Source of the DNA: Anthoceros angustus
Lineage: Eukaryota > Plantae > Anthocerotophyta
Assembly (NCBI GenBank): GCA_010909165.1
Contig: MU008169.1
Span: 1,488,001 to 1,552,000, forward strand
DNA length: 64,000 bases
Reading direction: 5' to 3'
This document shows positions 60,250 to 64,000 of this stretch, piece by piece (position 1 is the stretch's first letter; the number at the start of each line of letters is the position of its first letter). Below the pieces are notes generated by a model, which saw nothing but the letters and a program-made list of their open reading frames with translations, did no database searches and was not told where the DNA came from. The translations under genes and the position numbers were made by a program.

Positions 60250-63200
60250 GTGCATGATAAGGGACGAACATAGGCTCAATGTTGCATAGGAACATGAAGC
60301 ACTATGAGGGTTGTACAGAGGTAGTAGTGCTTCTTCTTCTTTATGCCCCGCCGATGGATAAGGTCTCTAGAGGCCTTGAAGACCGGTATCGGCACCGAGG
60401 GTAATAGTATTGCCCCAAAGAATGAGGTTATTGAAAATGATTCCGATGTTAATATTGAGGTCCTAATAATGGATGTTGACAATTCGGTTGTGGAAAATGA
60501 GGAGCTGGGTGCCGTTGAAGAGGATATAGTGGAGATTGTAGAGGCATCTGGGGGGTTCTAAAATTGCTAAAATTTGAAGAGGTAAATGCACTACCTGAAG
60601 ATGTGAAAGCGATGCACAAAGCTACGACTACACCATTATGGGATGGAGCAAACATATTATTGCTAGATTTTATAATGTAGTTATTCAATTGGCAAATGAG
60701 GGGAAGCACTTCTAACACTAGCTTTGGTGACTTCTTTCAAAAGAGGGTCTGCCAACAGGGAACAAGTTGCCTCATTGTGGAAAATGAGGAGTTGAGATTA
60801 TTATTGAAGCATTTTTGGTTTACTTTTCTTAAGATTCATGCATGCCCTTATGATTGCATGTTGTTCGTGGGTGATTATGAGGATAAGGAGATTAAACAAT
60901 GCGTATTTTGTAAGAAGAGTAGATATTGATTTGATCTTAAAGAAGACTACATTCCAGTTAAGGTTTTAAGGTATTTCCACTAAAGCCCCGAATGCAACAA
61001 ATGTTTAGGTGCAAGGAATTGGCAACGTTGATGCGATGGCATATGGAAAATGTGTTACAGGATGGGGTGATGCGTATTCCTTCAGAAAGCAAGGCATAGA
61101 AACATGTAAAGGGTATATACCTTGGATTTGCACGGAAGACGCACAACTTATGACTAGGGAGGTTGACTTTTGCTCTGGTTATTATTTAGGGTTCTATTGC
61201 TTTTGTTGTCGCTTATTGTTCTTGATTTCTTTTAGCTGTATTTTTGTGCTCGCAGCATTTGTTGATTTGTCATTTAATGGACCCTATGCACATTGGGAAG
61301 AATGTAAGTGAACAAGTTTTGAAACATGTGACTGGTGTTTGCGAAACCATCGGTATCCGTCGAGATTTAGGAGTTACTAGTACAAAAATTCCTCATTGGT
61401 GGCTTCAAAAAGACTCAGATGGCACAGAGTGGTATGAATCTTATGCACCTTGGGTTTTAGTATACAATACAAATAAAAGTTCCAAACAAGCAAAGGCAGA
61501 GTTGAGAGAACATATTAAAAGCTTATGACCCCCTACACGTTATGGATCAAACTTGAATCAGTACTCCTCTAAAGGACTATGGTAATACTATATCGGGGTT
61601 GAAGTCATATGATCATCACCTACTTTTAAGTGATTTATGGCCATTGACATAAAAAGGTTTTATACTTGAAAGCGTACATGAGCCTGCTTGTGGATTTGGG
61701 ACTTTATTCAAGTGGATATGTGGATTCAAGGTGTTAGAGACCCCATAAATGAAGGTGTTTGGAGTTGAAGTAATGTTTGTCTTAGAGCGAGAGTTCCCCA
61801 CTTCATTTTTTTCAAGCCAGGCCTGTGCTATGATACACCTAGTTCATGAGATAGAATTATGTGGGCCTACTAGGTATCGATGGATGTATACTCTTGAAAG
61901 GCATATGAAAGTTTTGAAAGGGCTCGTACGACAAAGAGCTAAAGAGGAAGGAAGCATGGCAAAGGGATATATTGCACAAGAATCTATGTATTATTGTGCA
62001 GAATATGTAGGCCAATAATGTGAATGTGATGACAAGCCACGATGTATGTGGATTGCAACAGACATTGAAGAACAATGTGGACAAGTGTTACATGGAAAAG
62101 ATGAGCAATGTAGCCTATCAGAGGTAGAACGCAAATAAATTACGACAGCAATGCTAGAAAACTCTGTTTTCACAGAAAAGTGGAGACTAGTGTATTATGG
62201 AGTTCATACGAAGTTGTCTTTTGTGGATTGGCTACAAAATGAAGTAAAGGGGGCCATTTCATCACACATTGTTTTGAATGAATATGGGCTAGATATATAT
62301 GGAGTAGTGAACAACCCTATAGTTGTGACAAAATCATATTCAATGATGTGGGCATATGGGAATCACATAAGGACAAAATCTTGTGATGTGGGGACACTTA
62401 TGATTAATTGCATGATACATCAAAATTTCCTTAGTGGTCAGACACGCGCAAGTACTGTCATTGATATGCCATATGTTGGAATAATGTAGAAAATATTGGT
62501 TGACTTTGCGCTATCATTAACAGCTAAAGGTAGTGCAACAGCTGTTGATGATAGCGCAAAGTCAACCAATATTCAAAGGTTAAGTGGTTCAAAGCAGTTT
62601 ATGAGGACGCAAAGGATCATAGCAAGGGATTTAAAAAGGACAAATCTGGAATGTACATAGTGAACCCTACATCTTTTTATCCTTCTACCAAAGTCCAAGA
62701 TGATCCCTTCACCCTTGTGTCACCCAAATTAGTTCAAACTTTTCTGTAAGACAATAAAGTGGTTGTCGGGACCAGTGCATGGGAAAACGGATTGTCTTTG
62801 AAGAAAATATAGATGCATAGGGAGATGACTCCACGTGGCTTCATGGATGTGTAATAGGAGGGTCATGTTACCCTTAAATTCTCCTTGAGTTTGTTATCTT
62901 GTGAAAGGATCTGGAAAGTTTGTTCCCCATTGATTTGCAATGAGCTTACAATTGAAACTTTGATTAGGAAATTGATTTGCTCATCCTTGTTAGTAAGAAA
63001 ACGGGTACATTTACAATAATTGTATTTTACAATGCAAGTTACAAAGAAAAATCTGATTTATTAAGATTATACTGACCAACGAGGTAAAATGGTCATGGCC
63101 CTTTACAACAAAAACCCTTTACAACATGAGTTACAACAATATATTGAAGATGATTGTAAAAAAGACTATTTGTGTTGTAAATTTGGATTTATGTATTGTA

Positions 63201-63769
63201 AAATCATTCTAAAATTCAAGTCATCGTTGTAAAAGAGGCCCCGTTATATAAAGTCTATTGGTTGTTGTAACAATACTGTTGTAAAACACCCGCCATTATT
63301 GTAAAACACCCGCCATTGTTGTAAAAAACACATTGTTGTAAATAGCGTATTCCATGTTGTAAAAGTCATGTTGTTAAACACATCCTAATGTTATAGAACG
63401 ATACAATATTGTAAATAGAGTAGACGGCAGTGTAAACCCTGTGTTATAAAATACTGGCCATCGTTGTAAACCAACACCATGTTGTAATTATAAGAGATGC
63501 TGTTCTAAAAAACCAATGTCCAGAACTAAAGTTTGTTGTAATCTTTTAAACCCATATTGTTAAAGGCCCTAAAGAGTGCCACATCCACAAAATGCATCAT
63601 ACAAAAATACCCCTCGTTGTAAAAAATCAAACCCATGTTGTAAAGTGTTAAGTTCGATCCGAAAGTCATACATAGCCTGAGAACCCCCATTGTAAAAGGA
63701 ACGGACAGCCTAAAATCCCCTCTCTCTAGTTTTAAAGGGAGAGCAAAAGTGATGGTTTTCATAGTAGTG
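60250..63769 (+). mobile_element. CACTA (En/Spm) transposon relic with decayed TnpD, subterminal repeats and right terminus
   Basis: HACPYDCMLF, KVLRYFPLKPR, DPMHIGKNV, FPTSFFS..HLVHEIELCGP..WMYTLER (DUF4218-type). Dense TTGTAAA/TTTACAA repeats at 63000-63700. Terminus ...TTTTCATAGTAGTG at 63769. Left terminus not found. Confidence 0.9.
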
Positions 63770-64000
63770 CAAGCGTGACTCACTTCATCGATCTTATGTG
63801 GCATATGTAGATTGCTTGGCTGATCTCCTTACTTACCGGGTGCATCGAACTTGCAATTTCTTGATCAAGGTATGGTGATACGATTCTGGTGGTATGAATT
63901 TAGGTGCTATTGTTCGCGGGTAAAACAAAGGCTTGGAGCCTACTGCCATGTTGAACAATGCACTCACCGGCTTCAAGTTGTTGCGTCTGTGTCGGGATTT

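Overview
Compact, gene-dense nuclear genome segment from a non-seed land plant. Short introns, GC-rich exons and a very long PLS-type PPR gene fit a hornwort best (inference). Host genes: FNBP4-like WW protein (partial), tRNA-Gly(GCC), RPS24, secreted A1 aspartic protease, PILS-like auxin-efflux-carrier family transporter, intronless RAD51B, group-B fasciclin AGP, IWS1, PLS-E+ PPR, single-domain Gnk2/DUF26-like protein, decayed WDR46/UTP7, a small nucleolar-type protein, an LRR-only protein, SEC20, PIG-P and a nucleotide-sugar transporter. Mobile DNA: a full-length but dead Copia with non-canonical TATT...AATA LTRs and a nested TG...CA element, non-autonomous hAT, Tc1/mariner-type and MULE-like elements, three CRE-like (RLE) non-LTR retrotransposon relics and a CACTA relic. 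Most unusual observations: a ~65-bp minisatellite built from the RAD51B start-codon region that places many decoy ATGs upstream of the gene, the TA...TA LTRs, a PILS-like transporter with a plastid-type N-terminal extension plus a nearby partial DNA duplicate, and AT-rich islands that each carry one intronless secreted defence-type gene. Single-base frameshifts in GC-rich homopolymers and one noisy 1.7-kb duplication suggest residual long-read assembly error, so individual lesions need checking. All family calls are by recognition, without database searches.
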